From the human T2T-CHM13v2.0 reference genome, Homo sapiens, in assembly GCF_009914755.1 (NCBI RefSeq), contig NC_060939.1: a stretch of DNA of 64,000 nt, one strand, 5' to 3'. Both the position numbers and the translations under genes were made by a program. Positions 29,601-43,884 of the stretch are shown here, in pieces (position 1 is the first letter of the stretch; each line of letters starts with the position of its first letter). The notes under the pieces were generated by a model that did not search any database, was not told the DNA's origin, and saw only the letters and a list, made by a program, of their open reading frames with translations.

Positions 29601-32600
29601 CCATTGTATTCCATTTAAGTCCATTGCTATCCATTCCAGTCAATTCCATTCCATTCCGTGCCATTCCTTTCCATTCCATTCCATTCCATTCTTGTCCATT
29701 CAATTTCATTCCATTCGTGTACATTCCATTCCATTCCATTCTGTTCCATTCGAGTCCATTCCATTCAATTTGAGTCCATTCCATTCCATTCCACTTGAGT
29801 CCATTCCATTCCATTCGAGTCCATTCCATTCCATTCGTGTCATTTCCACTCCATTCCTTTCGAGTCCATTCCATTCCATTCCATTCCATTCGTGTCCATT
29901 CAATTCCATTCGAATTCCTTTCGATTCCATTTAACTTCAATCCATTTGAATCCATTCCATTATATTCCAATCCATTCGAGTCCATTCCTTTCTATTCCAT
30001 TCTAGTCAATTCTATTCCATTCCTTTCGTTTGCATTCCACTCCATTCCACTTGAGTCCATTCCATTTCATTCCATTCCAGTCAAGTCAATTCCATTCCAT
30101 TAGATTATGTTCCATTCCAATTCATTCGTGTCTATTCCATTCGTTTCCAATCTATTCCATTCAAGTCCATTCCTTTCCATTCCATTCCATTACCTTCCAT
30201 TCCATTGCATTGCATTCGATTCCATTACAGTCCATTCTATTCCATTCCATTACTTTCCATTCATGTCTATTCCATTCCATTCTATTCCGTTCCATTCTAT
30301 TACATTCGAGTCCATTCCATTCCATTCCACTTGAGTCCGTTCCATTCCATTCCACTTGAGTCCATTCCATTCCATTCCATTCCTTTTGAGTCCATTCCAT
30401 TCCAATCCATTGGAGTCCATTCCATTCCATTCGAGTCCATTATTTTCCATTTCATTCTAGTCCATTCCATTCCTTTCCATTCTATTCCATTCAAGTCCAT
30501 TCCATTCCATTCCATTCCAATCCATTCCATTACGTTCATATCCATTCCACTCCGTTCCATTAGAGTCCATTCCACTCCATTGCATTCCATTGGAGTCCAT
30601 TCCTTTCTATTCCATTAGTGTCAATTCCATTCTATTCCATTTGAGTGCATTCCATTCCATACCATTCCATTTCACTCTAGTTGTTTCCATTCCATTCTAT
30701 TCGTGTCCATTACATTCCTTTCCATTCTATTCAATTTCATTCGAGTCCATTCCATTCCTTTCATTTCTATTCCATACAAGTATATTCCGTTCCATTCCAT
30801 TCCATTCCATTCCATTCGACTCCATTCCATTAAATTCCTTTCGAGTCTATTCCATTACCTTCTATTGCACTCGAAGCTATTTATTTCCATTCCCCTTGAG
30901 TCCATTCCATTCCATTCGAGTCCATTCCATTCTATTCGACTCCATTCCATTCCATTTCATTCGAGTCCATTCCATTCCATTCCTTTCCATTCCATTTCAT
31001 TTCCTTTGAATCCATTCGATTCCATTTGATTCCATTCGAGTCCATTCGTTTGCATTACATTTGAGTCCATTCCATTAGACTCCAATACAGTAAATTCCTT
31101 TCTATTCCATTCGAGTCCATTCCATTACATTCCATTTGAGTCCATTCCATTCCATTCCATTATATTCCAATCCATGTCATTCCATTCTGTTAAACTCTAT
31201 TCCATTCCTTTCCATTCCATTCGTGTCCATTCCATTACATTAGAGTCCATTCCATTCCATTCCATTCCATTTGAGTCTATTCCTTTCCATTGCATGCGAT
31301 TCCAGTCCATTCCACTGCATTCCATTTCATTCGAGTCCATTCCATTCCATTGCACTCGAGTCAATTACATTCCATTACATTTCGTTTGGGTCCATTCCAT
31401 TTCATTTGAGTCCATTCTGTACCGTTCCATTCCATTCGAGTGCATTTCATTCCTTTCTTTTCCATTCCATTCCATTCCATTCCTTTCAGGTCCATTCAAT
31501 TCAACTGCATTCCATTTGAGTCATTTCCATTCTATTCCATGCCATTCCATGCCACTCCATACCATTCCACTCGAGTCCATTGCATTCCATTCCATTCCAT
31601 TCGAGTACATTTCATTCCATTACATTCCATTCCATTCGAGTTCATTCCATTTCTTTACATTCCATTCCATTCCAGTCCATTCAATTCCATTCCATTATAT
31701 TCGAGTCCCTTCGGCTCCATTCCATTCGATTCCATTCCGTTCCATTCCATTGCATTCCTTCCATTCCATTCCATTCCATTCCTTCCATTCCATTCCTTTC
31801 GAGAACAATCCATTTCATTCCATTCAATTCGAGTACATTCCATTCCATTCCATTCCATTCCATTCGGGTACATTCCATTCAATTCCTTTAGACTCAATTC
31901 CATTCCATTCCATTCCATTCGAGTCCATTCCATTCAGTTTGAGTCGATTCCATTCCATTCCATTCGTGTCCATTCCCTTCCATTCGAGTCCTTTCCATTC
32001 TATTCCACTACATTCCATTCGAGTCTATTCCATTCCATTGCATTCCTTTTGAGTCCATTTCATTCCATTTCATTCCATTCCATTCCATTCCAATCCATTC
32101 CATTCCAATCCATTCCATTGCTTTCGTGTCCATTCAATTTAACTGCATTCCATTCCAGTCCATTCAATTTCATTCTAGTCCATTCCATTAAATTTCATTT
32201 GAGTATATTCCATTGCATTCCAATCCATTCGAGTCTATTCCTTTCCATTCCATTCTAGTCCATTCCATTCCATTCCATTAGAGCATATTCAATTTAATTC
32301 CATTGTATTCCATTCGAGTGCATTCCATTACATTCTGTTCCATTTGCGTCCATTCCATTCCGTTCGAATCCATTCCATTCCATTATTTTCGAGTCCATTC
32401 CAATCCATTCCATTCTATTCCATTCAAGTCCGTTCCTTTTCATACCATTCCATTCCATTCCAGTCCATTCCATTGCATTCCATTCTGGTCCATTCTTTTC
32501 CATTCCATTCCACTCCATTCCATTCCGTTCCATTCCCTTTCATTCCATTCCATTCGTGTCCATTACATTCCATTCAAGTCCATTCCATTCCATATCATTC

Positions 32601-35600
32601 TATTCCATTCCATTCCATTTGGGTCCATTCCATTCCATTCCATTAGACTCCTGTCCATTCCTTTACATCCCATTCAAGTCCATTCTGTTCCATTCCATTC
32701 CATTCCATTCCATTCCATTCCATTCCATTCTATTCCAGTCCATTCCATTCCATTCTTTTCAGATCCATTCAATTCAACTGCATTCCATTCCAGCGCATTC
32801 CATTCCATTCCATTAGAATCCATTCAATTCCATTCTATCCCATTAGAGTCCATTCCATTCCATTCAATTCCATTTGAGTCGCTTTCATTCCATTCAATTA
32901 CCTTCGAGACCATTCCATTCCATTGGAGTCCATTCCATTCCATTGTATTCCATTCCACTCCATTCCATTCCATTCCACTCCATTCCATTCCATTCTTTTC
33001 CTTTCGAGTCCATTCCATTCCATTCCATTCCATTCCTTTCGAGTCAATTCAATTCTACTGCATACCATTTGGGTCCATTCCATTCCATTCCATTCCATCA
33101 CATTTAATTCGAGTTCATTCCATTGCATTCCATTTCATTCGAGTCCCTTTGATTCCATTCCATTCCATTCCATTCCATTCGAGCCCATTCCTTACCATTA
33201 CATTCCATTCAACTCGAGTCCATTCAATTCCATTCCATTCCATTCGAATCCATTCCACTTCATTCCATTCGATTCAATTCCATTCCACTTGAGTCCATTC
33301 CAATCCATTCCACTCGTGTCCATTCCATTCGAATCCATTCCATTCCATTTCATTTGAATCCATTCCCTTCTATTCCATTCTACTCCATTCAAGTCCATTC
33401 CATTCCATTCTATTCTAGTCCATTCCATTCCATTCGAGCCCATTCCATTCCATTATATTCCATTCGACTCTATTCCATTCCATTCCTCTTGAGTCCATTC
33501 CATTCCATTCCATTCGAGCCCATTCCAATCCATTACATTTCATTCAAGTCCATTCCATTGCTTTCAAGTCCTTTGCATTCAATTTCATTCGAGTCCATTC
33601 CATTCCACTCCATTCTATTCCATTCAAGTCCATTCCTTTCCTTTCCACTCCATTCCATTCCAGTCCATTTCATTCCATTCCATTCCATCCCATTCCATCC
33701 TATTCCATCCCATTCCATTCCATTCCACTTCATTCCCTTCCATTCATGTCCATTCAATTCCATTCCATTCCATTCCCTTCCATTCCATTCCATTCCAGTC
33801 CATTTAATTCCATTCCATTCCATTCCAATCCATTCCTTTCCATTCCATTCCAGTCCGTTCCATTCCATCCCATTGCATTCCATACATTTCATGTCCATTC
33901 AATTCCATTCCTTTTAGGTCCATTCCATTCCATTCTATTCCATTCGAGTCCATTCCATTCCATTAGACTCCTTTCAACTCCATTCCTTTCGAGTCCATTC
34001 CAGTCCATTACATTCTATTTGATTCGAGTCCATTCAATTCCATTCGAATTCCATTCGATTCCATTCCACTCTATTCCGTTCCATTATATTCAAATCCATT
34101 TGAGTCCATTCCTTTCTATTCCATTGTAGTGAATTCCTTTCCATTCCTTTCGAGTCCATTCCTCTCCATTTCATTTGAGTCCATTCCATTTCATTCCATT
34201 CCAGTCGAGTCAATTCCATTCCATTAGAGTCCATTCCATTCCATTTCATTGGAGTCCATTCCATTCGTTTCCATACTATTTGATTCAAGTCCATTCCATT
34301 TCATTCCGTTCCATTAACTTCCATTCCACTGAATTCCATTCGATTCCATTACAGTCCATTCCATTCCATTCCATTCGAGTACATTCTATTCCATTCGAAT
34401 CCTTCCCATTCCATTCGAGTCCATTCAATTCCATTTCATTCGAGTCTATTACATTCCCTTCGCTTCTCTTCCATTCAAGTCCATTCCGTTCCCTTCGATT
34501 CTCTTCCATTCAACTCCATTCCATTCCATTCCATTCTAGTCCATTCCATTCAAGTCCATTCCATTCCATTCTTGTCCATTCCATTCCAATTCATTCCATT
34601 CATGTCCATGCCATTCCAATCCATTTGAGTCCATTCCATTCCATTCGACTCCATTCCATTCCATTTCATTCGAGTCCATTCCGTTCTATTCCATTCAACT
34701 CCATTCCCTTCCATTCCATTCCTTTCCATTCCATTCCATTCCATTCAATTCCATTCCATTACATTTCATTCGTGTCCATTCCATTCCATACGAGTCCATT
34801 CCACTACATTTGATTTCATTTGAGTCCATTTCATTCCATTTCATTAGTGTCAAATTCCATTAAATTCCAATCCAGTATATCCCACTCTATTCAATTCGAG
34901 TCCATTGCATTCCATTCCATTTCAGTCTATTCCATTCCATTCCATTCTATTCCAATCCTTTCTAATCAATTCTATTCCATTACATTCCATGCCATTCTGT
35001 TCCATTCCATTCCATTCGCAACCATTCCATTCCCTTCCATTCGAGTTCATTTGATTCCATTCAAGTTTCTTCCATTCCATTGCATGCCATTCCGGTCCAT
35101 TCCACTGCATTCCATTTCATTCGAGTCGATTCCATTCCATTCCATTCCATTTCATTTTAATCCATTCCATTCCATTCCATTCGTATCCATTCTATTCCAT
35201 TTGAATCCATTCTATTCCATTCGAATTCATTCCATTCTGTTACTTTCCATTCCACTCGAGTCCATTCCATTCCATTCCATTCCATTTGAGCCCAGTCCAC
35301 TCCATTCCGTTTGAGTCCATTCCATTCCTTTCGAGTCCATTACATTCCATTGCATTCTATTCCATTCCATTCCATTCCATTCTTGTCCATTGCGTTCCAT
35401 TCAATTCGAGTCCATTGCATTCCATTCCACTCCATTTGGGTGAATTCCATTCCATTCCATTCGAGTCCTTTACTTTCCATAACATTCCATTCCATTCGGG
35501 TGCAATCCATGCTATTCCTTTCGAGTCCATTCCATTCCATTCCATTCCATTCGAGTCCATTCCATTCCATTTTAGTCATTTCCATTGCATTCTGTTCGAG

Positions 35601-38600
35601 TCCACTGCATTCCATTCCATTCCATTCCATTCCTTTTGGGTCCATTCAATTCAACTGCACTCCTTTCGTGTCCATTCCATTGCATTCTATTCCATTCCAT
35701 TCCATTCCATTCTATTCCATTGTATTACAATGCATTTGAACACATTTCATTCCGTTACATTACATTCCATTCGAGTTCATTCCATTCCGTTACATTCCAT
35801 TGCATTTGAATCCGTTCAATGCCATTCTATTCCATATGGGTCCATTCCACTCCATTGTATTCAAGTGTATTCCATTCCATGCTATTCCACTTGAGTCCAT
35901 TCCATTCCATTCCATGCTATTCCATTTGAGTCCATTCCATTACATTCATGTCCATTCCATTCAATCCCATTCCATTCTATTCCATTCCATTCTTTTCCAT
36001 TCCATTCCATTCCATTCCATTCCATTTGAGCCCAATGAATTCCATTGCATTCAATTGAAGTCCATTCCATTCCATTCGGGTTCATTCCCTTCAATTCCAT
36101 TAGTGTCAATTTCATTCCATTCCATTCCATTCGAGTCCATTCCATTCCATTTCATTCCATTAGTGTCCATTCAATTCCATTCCATCCCATTAGAGTCCAT
36201 TTCATTCCATTCCATTCCACTCCAGTCATTTTCATTCCATTCCATTACCTTCGAGACCATTCCATTCCATTGGTGTCCATTCCATTCCCTTCCATTCAAT
36301 TCCATTCCATTCCAGACAATTCCATTCCATTCCATTCCATTCCATTTCATTCCATTAGTGTCCATTCAATTACATTCCATCCCATTAGAGTCCATTTCAT
36401 TCCATTCCATTCCACTTCAGTCATTTTCATTCCATTTCATTACCTTCGAGACCATTCCATTCCGTTGGTGTCCATTCCATTCCCTTCCATTCAATTCCAT
36501 TCCATTCCAGTCAATTCCATTCCATTCCATTCCATTCCATTCCATTCCTTTCGAGTCCATTCCATTCCATTCCATTCCTTTCGAGACCATTCCATTCCAT
36601 TCCATTCCATACTGTTTGTGTCCATTCCATTCCATTCCATTATATTCCATTACATTAAATTCGAGTCCATTCCATTTCATTCAAGTCCCTTTCATTCCAT
36701 TCCATTCCATTCAATTCCATTCGAGTCCATTCCTAACCATTACATTCCGTTTGACTTGATTCCATTCAATTGCATTCCATTCCATTTGAATCCATTCCAC
36801 TGTATTCCATTGGAGTCTATTCCATTCCATTCCATTCCAGTCGAGTCCTTTCCATTCCATTCGAATCCATTCCTTTCCACTCCATTCTTTTTTCCGTTCC
36901 TTTCCATTCCATTACAGTCCATTCCACTGAATTCCATTCCATTTCATTCGTGTCCATTCCATTCCATTCCACTTGAGTCCATTCCATCCATTCCATTCGA
37001 GTCCATTCCAATCCATTACATTCCATTCGAGTCCATCCTATTTTATTCAATCCTTTCCATTCCATTTCATTCGAATCCATTCCATACCACTCCATACTAT
37101 TCCATTCATGTCCATTCCTTTCCATTCCACTCCTTTCCATTCCATTCCATTCCAGTCCATTCCATTCCATTCCATTCAAGTCCATTCCATTCCATTCATG
37201 TCCATTCAATTCCATTCCATTCGGGTACATTCCATTCCATTCCATTCTACTCCATTTCAGTCCATTCCATTCCATTCCACTTGAGTCCATTCCATTCCAT
37301 TCCATTCCATTCGAGTCCATTCCATTCCATTCGAGTCCATTCCATTACATTCAAGTCCATTCCTTTGCATTCGAGTCCTTTCCATTCCATTTCATTCGAG
37401 TCCATTCCATTCCATTCCATTTCTTCAAGTCCCTTTCATTCCATTCCTTTAAATTCCATTCCATTTGAGTCCATTCCTTACTATTACATTCCGTTCGACT
37501 CGAGTCCATTCAGTTCCAATCCATTCCATTCGAATCCATTCCAGTGTATTCCATTTGAGTCCATTCCATTCCATTCCATTCCATTAAATTCCATTTGATT
37601 CCTTTCCATTCCTTTCCATTCGATTCCATTCCATTCCACTCATGTCCATTCCATTCCATTCGAGTCCATTCCATTCCATTTATTTCGAGTGCATTCCATT
37701 CCATTCCATTCTATTCCATTCTAGCCCATTCCATTCCTTTCCATTCCATTCCACTCCATTCCATTCCACTCCAGTCCATTCCATTCCATTCGTGTCCATT
37801 CCATTCCATATGAGCCCTTTCCTTTTCATTATATTCCATTCGAATATATTTCATTTCATTCCTCTTTAGTCCATTCCATTCCATTCCATTCGAGTCCATT
37901 CCAATCCATTACATTCCATTAAATTCCATTTGATTCCTTTCCATTCCTTTCCATTCGATTCCATTCCATTCCACTCATGTCCATTCCATTCCATTCGAGT
38001 CCATTCCATTCCATTTATTTCGAGTGCATTCCATTCCATTCCATTCTATTCCATTCTAGCCCATTCCATTCCTTTCCATTCCATTCCACTCCATTCCATT
38101 CCACTCCAGTCCATTCCATTCCATTCGTGTCCATTCCATTCCATATGAGCCCTTTCCTTTTCATTATATTCCATTTGAATATATTTCATTTCATTCCTCT
38201 TTAGTCCATTCCATTCCATTCCATTCGAGTCCATTCCAATCCATTACATTCCATTCGAGTCCATCCCATTGTATTCAATCCTTTCCATTCCATTTCCTTC
38301 GAGTCCATTCCATACCACTCCATTCTATTCCGTTCATTTCCATTCCTTTCCATTCCAGTCCATTCCATTCCATTCCATTCCACTCCATTCCATTCCATTC
38401 CAGTCCACTCCATTCCACTCTAGTCCATTCCATTCCACTTCATTCCATTCCATTCATGTCCATTCAATTCCATTCCATTCGAGTACATTCCTTTCCATTC
38501 CATTCTATTCCATTTGAGTCCATTCCATTCCATTCCACTTGAGTCCATTCCGTTCCATTCCATTCGAGTCCATTCCATTACATTACATTTGATTCCATTC

Positions 38601-41600
38601 CTTTGCATTCGAGTCCTTTACATTCCATTTCATTCGAGTCCATTCCATCCCATTCCATTTCTTCGATTCCCTTTCATTCCATTCCATTCCATTCCATTCG
38701 AATCCATTCCACTGCATTCCATTCGAGTCCATTCCTTTCCATTCCATTCCATTCCATTAAATTCCATTTGATTCCTTTCCATTCCGTTCCATTCGATTCC
38801 ATTCCGTTCCACTCGTATCCATTCCATTCCATTCGAGTCCATTCCATTCCATTTCATTCGAGTTCATTCCATTCCATTCCATTCTCTTCCATTCTAGCCC
38901 ATTCCATTTCATTCCATTCCTTTCCTTTCCATTCCATTCCATTCCAGTCCATTCCATTCCTCTCCATTCCATTCCATTCGTGTCCATTCCATTCCATACG
39001 AGCCCTTTCCTTTCCATTATATTCCATTCGAATATATTTCATTTCATTCCTCTTTAGTCCATTCTATTCCATTCCATTCGAGTCCATACCAATCCATTAC
39101 ATTCCATTCGAGTCCATTCCATTGCATTGAAGTCCTTTCCATTCCATTTCATTCGAGTCCATTCCATTCCACTCCATTCTATTCAATTCAAGTCCATTCC
39201 TTTTCATTCCACTCCATTCCATTCCATTCCAGTTCATTCCATTCCACTTCATTCCATTCCATTCGTGTCCATTCAATTCCATTCCATTCGAGTACATTCC
39301 ATTCCATTCCATTCTATTCCATTCGAGTCCATTCCATTCCATTCCACTTGAGTCCATTCCGTTCCATTCGTTTTGAGTCCATTCCATTCCATTCCATTAC
39401 ATTCAAATCCATTCTATTGCATTCGAGTCCTTTCCATTCCATTTCATTCGAATCCATTCCATTCCATTCCATTCTATTCCATTGAATTCCATTCCATTCC
39501 ATTCCACTCCATTCCATTCCCTTCCATTCCAGTCCATTCTATCCCATCCCATTCCATTCCATACGTTTCGTGTCCATTCCATTCCATTCCATTCCTTTAG
39601 AGTCTATTCCATTCCATTCTATTCCAATTGAGTCAATTCCATTCCATTCCATTTGAGTCCATTCCATTGCTTTCCATTCACTTCCATTCGATACCGTTCC
39701 ATTCCATTTTATTCCATTCCATTCTATTCGAGTCCATATCATTCCACTCCATTCCATTCCATTCCATTCTTTTCATTTCCATTCTATTTCATTCCTGTCC
39801 ATTCCATTGGATTCCATTCCATTCGAGTCCATTTCATTCCATTACGTTCCATTCCATTCGATTCCATTCCATTCCATTCCATTCCATTCCATTCCATTCC
39901 TGTCCTTTCAATTCGATTCCATTCTCTTCGAGTCCATTCGATTCAATTCCATTCTTGTTCATTCCATTCCACTTCATTCCATTCGACTCTATTCTATTCT
40001 TTTCCATTCGGTTCTATTCCACTCTATTCCATTCGAGTCCATTGCATTCTATTTCATTCCATTCGAGTCCATTCCTTTCTATTCCATTCGAGTCAATTCC
40101 ATTCCATTCCATTCATGTGCATTCCATTCCATTTTATTCCTTTTCACTCGAGTGGATTCCTTTCAATTCCATTCCATTAGAGTCCCTTCCATTCCATTCG
40201 AGTCCATTCCATTCCATTCCATTCGAGTCCATTCCATTCCATTCCAATCCATAACTTTTGGGTCCATTCAATTCCATTCCGTTCCATTTGAGTCCTTTAA
40301 ATTCCTTTCCATTCCACTCAATTCCATTACCCTCCATTCCATTTGAGTCCATTCAATTCCACTCCATTAGATTCAAGTCCATTCCATTCTGTTCCATTTG
40401 AATCCGTTCCATTCCATTTGAGACCATACCATTCCATTCCATTCCACTGGAGTCCATTTCATTCCATTCGAGTCCATTTCATTCCATTCGAATCCATTCC
40501 ATTCCATTGCATTCAAGTCCATTCCATTCCTTTAGAGTCCATTCAATTCCATTCCATTCCATTCGAATCCATTGCATTCTATTCCATTCGTGACCATTCC
40601 ATTCCACTCGAATCCATTCCATTCCATTCGAGCCAATTCCATTCTATTATATTCGAGTCCATTCTATTCCATTCCATTCCATTTGAGTCCATTCCATTAC
40701 ATTACATTCGAGACCATCCAATCCGAACCCATTCCGTTCGAGTCTATTCCATGTCCTTCGATCTGAAATAATTCCATTCCATTCCATTCTATTCCATTTG
40801 AGTCCATTCCTTTCCATTTCATTCGTGTCCATTGCATCACACTTAATTCCATTCTGGTCCATTCCATTCAATTCCATTTGAGTCAATTCTATTTCATTCC
40901 ATTTGAGTCCATTCAATTGCATTCCATTCCATTCGAGACCATGCCATTCCGTTCCATTCCATTCAAGTCCATTCAATCCCATTCCATTTCATTCAATTCC
41001 ATTCCATTCCATTTCATTCCACTCAAGTCGTTTCCATTCCATCCCATTCCATTTGAGTACATTTCATTCCATTCAAGTCCTTTAAATTCCATTCCGTTTG
41101 ATTCCATTCCATTCTATTAAATTACATTCCTTTCCATTCCATTTCATTCTATTACATTCGATTCCATTCCAGTCCATTCCATCAGAGTCCATTCCACTAA
41201 ATTCCAATCTATTGCATTCCAGTCTGTTCCATTCCATATCATTCAATTCGTGGCCTTTCCATTCCATTGGAGTCGATTCCATTCCATTCTGTTTAAATTC
41301 ATTCCATTCCATCCCTTTCTATTCCATTCAAGTCCATTCCAATCCAAATCTTACCATCCCATAGCATTCCATTCCATTCCATTCCATTCCATTCCATTCC
41401 ATTCCATTCCATTACATTCGTGTCCTTTCCATTCCATTCCATTCCAGTCTGTTGCATTCCAATTGATTCCCGTCCATTTAGTTCCTTTCCATTCCATTTG
41501 AGTCCATTCCACTCCATTGCATTTGAGTTCATTCCATTCCATTCTATTCTATTCGAGTCCATTCCTTTCTATTCCATTTGAGTCAATTCCATTCCATTCC

Positions 41601-43162
41601 ATTCGAGTGCATTCCATTCCATTCCATTCCACTCCAGTCATTTCCTTTCCATTTCTTTCCAATCCATTCCATTCCACTCGAGTCGTTTCCATTCTATTCG
41701 AGTCCATTCCATTCCATTGGAGTTCATTCCATTGAATTCCATTCGAGTCAATTCCACTCTATTCCACTCGAGTGCATTCCATTCCATTCCATTCCATTCG
41801 AGTCCATTCCACTCCATTTGACTCCATTCCATTCCAATTCATTCCATTAAAATCCATTCCATTCCATTCTATTCCATTCCATTCCATTACCTTCCTTTTC
41901 TATTCCATTCCATTCCATTCCATTCTATTCCAATCCATTCCATTCCATTCCATTCCTCTCCATTCCATTCCATTCCATTCCATTTCATTCCATCCCATTC
42001 CATTCCATTTCATTCCATCCCATTCGGTTCCATTCCATTCGTGTCCATTCCATTCCACTCCATTCGAGTCCATTCCATCCCATTCCATTCGAGTCTATTC
42101 CATTCCATTGCATGCCATTCGAGTTCCTTCCCCTGTATTCCATTTCATTTGAGTCCTTTCCATTCCAGTCCTTTCCATTCCATTTCGTTCGAGTCCATTC
42201 CTTTCCATTCCATTCTATTCCCTCCAAGTCCATTCCGTTCCATTCCACTCCATTCCATTCCCTTCCACTACAGGCAATTCCATTGCATCCCATTCCATTC
42301 CATACCTTTTCTGTCCATTCCATTCCATTCCATTCCATTCCATTCCATTCCATTCCATTCCATTCCATTCCATTCGAGTCCATTCCATTCCATTCTATTC
42401 CATTCGAATCCATTCCATTCCATTCCATTAGAGTCTATACCATTAGATTCCAATCCAGTAAATTCTGCTCTATTCCATTCGAGTCCATTCTATTGCATTC
42501 CATTCCATTCCATTCGAGTACATTCCATTGCATTCGAGTCCATTGCATTCCATTCCTTTCCATTCCAATCCGTTCCAATCTCTTCCTTTCCATTTTATTC
42601 CTGTCAATTCCATTCCATTTCATTCCATTCGAGTCCATTCCATTCCATTCCATTCACGTCCATTCCATACCATTACATTCTGTTTGACTAGAATCCATTC
42701 CATTCCATTCCATTCCATTCGAATCCATTCCACTCCATTCCATTCGAGTCCATTCTATTCCATTCCATTCCACTATAGTCCATTCCATTCCATTCGAGTC
42801 CTTTCTATTCCATATCACTCCAGTCCATTCCATTCCTTTCCATTCTATTCCATTCAAGTGCATTCCATTCCATTCCATTCCTGTCCATTCCATTCCATTC
42901 CATTCCATTCCATTCCATTCCATTCAATTCCATTCCATTCCATTCTATTGCATTCGAGTCCATTCCATTCCACTTGAGTCCATTCCATTCCATTCCTTTT
43001 GAGTCCATTCCATTCCATTCCTTTCCATTCCATTCCATTCCATTCCATTCCATTCAAGTCCGTTCCTTTCCATTCGACTCCATTCCATTCCATTTCATTC
43101 GAGTCCATTCCATTCCATTCCATGCCATTCAACTCCATTCCATTTCATTCTATTCCATTCCA
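8650..43162 (+). repeat. Diverged HSat3 block with TTCGAGTCC motif (HSat3A/DYZ1-like family)
   Basis: Pervasive 'ttcgagtccatt' and variants tttgagtcc, ttcaagtcc and ttagagtcc. CTCGGGTTG is essentially absent. Recurrent marker 'ccaatccagtaaattc'. Confidence 0.8.
37577..38255 (+). repeat. Recent 335-bp tandem duplication inside HSat3
   Basis: 'ccattaaattccatttgattcc' at 37581 and 37916. ORF pairs 37595/37930 (identical translation) and 37642/37977 (one residue differs). Confidence 0.9.
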
Positions 43163-43434
43163 GAGAAGGTTTAGGAGCCTGACCAAATTTCACGAAGCAA
43201 AGAATCTTTCTCAATTTTCATAATTTAAAACCAGTTAAGCAAATGTTACAAAATATCTGAAGAAATAATCCATCATGAGAAATTGTCAATAGGAAAAAAG
43301 TGGGTGAATTGGATTTCAGACACTTGAATGATTATATAACACCCAAAAGAATATTACTTAAAGTGCTTAGACAAATAAAAGAGGGAACAGTAAGAACAAA
43401 AAATAAAAGAGCATAAAAAAATGACATGCAGTAT

Positions 43435-43880
43435 CAGGACAAGACAACCTACAGAATATAAGAAAATATTTGTAAATCGTATATCTGGTAAGGGACTAAT
43501 AGCTTTTTTTTTGAGATGGAGATTCCGTTATGTTGTCCAACGCTGGAGTGCAGTGACATGATCTCAGCTCACTGCAACCTCTGCCTCACAAATTCAAGCA
43601 ATTCTCCCTGCCTCAGCCTCCCAAGTTCCTGGGATCACAAGCATGTGCCACCACACCTGGCTAATTTTGTATTTTTAGTAGAGATGGGGTTTCACCAGGT
43701 TGTGCAGGCTGCTCTCCAACTTCTGTCCTCTGGTGATTCACCCACCTCAGCCTCCCAAAATGCTGGGATTACAGGCATGAGCCACCGCGCTTGGCCGTAT
43801 CATTTTTTTTTAAGAGACAGGGTCTTGCTTAATATCGAGTATATAAAGAACACTTACACCTCAAAAACTTGACAAAAACA
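43435..43880 (+). mobile_element. Old L1M ORF2 fragment interrupted by an Alu
   Basis: 'aagacaacctacagaatataagaaaatatttgtaaatcgtatatctggtaagggactaata' resumes after the Alu as 'taatatcgagtatataaagaacacttacacctcaa', matching the L1M ORF2 3' consensus. Confidence 0.7.
43504..43796 (-). mobile_element. Alu (S-type), full length
   Basis: Poly-T followed by 'gagatgga...ctggagtgcagtg...ctaattttgtatttttagtagagatgggg...gctgggattacaggcatgagccaccgcgcttggcc'. Confidence 0.95.
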
Positions 43881-43884
43881 AAGA

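Larger units (their letters stand above)
1..43162 (+). repeat. Human Satellite 3 (HSat3/SatIII) array, (CATTC)n on + and (GGAAT)n on -
   Basis: Continuous diverged CATTC pentamer repeat in one orientation from base 1 to '...tattccattcca' at 43162, then abrupt non-satellite sequence 'gagaaggtttagg'. Confidence 0.98.

Noticed and set aside
1-43162. CRISPR-like repeat-spacer pattern or a prokaryotic system
   Set aside because: There is no constant repeat with unique spacers and no cas genes. The sequence is primate satellite DNA.
18-43223. Hundreds of long ORFs (IPFHS / MEWNG repeats, up to 517 aa at 36045-37598)
   Set aside because: (CATTC)n and (GGAAT)n contain no stop codon in any frame. 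These are translation artefacts of satellite DNA with no promoter or exon context.
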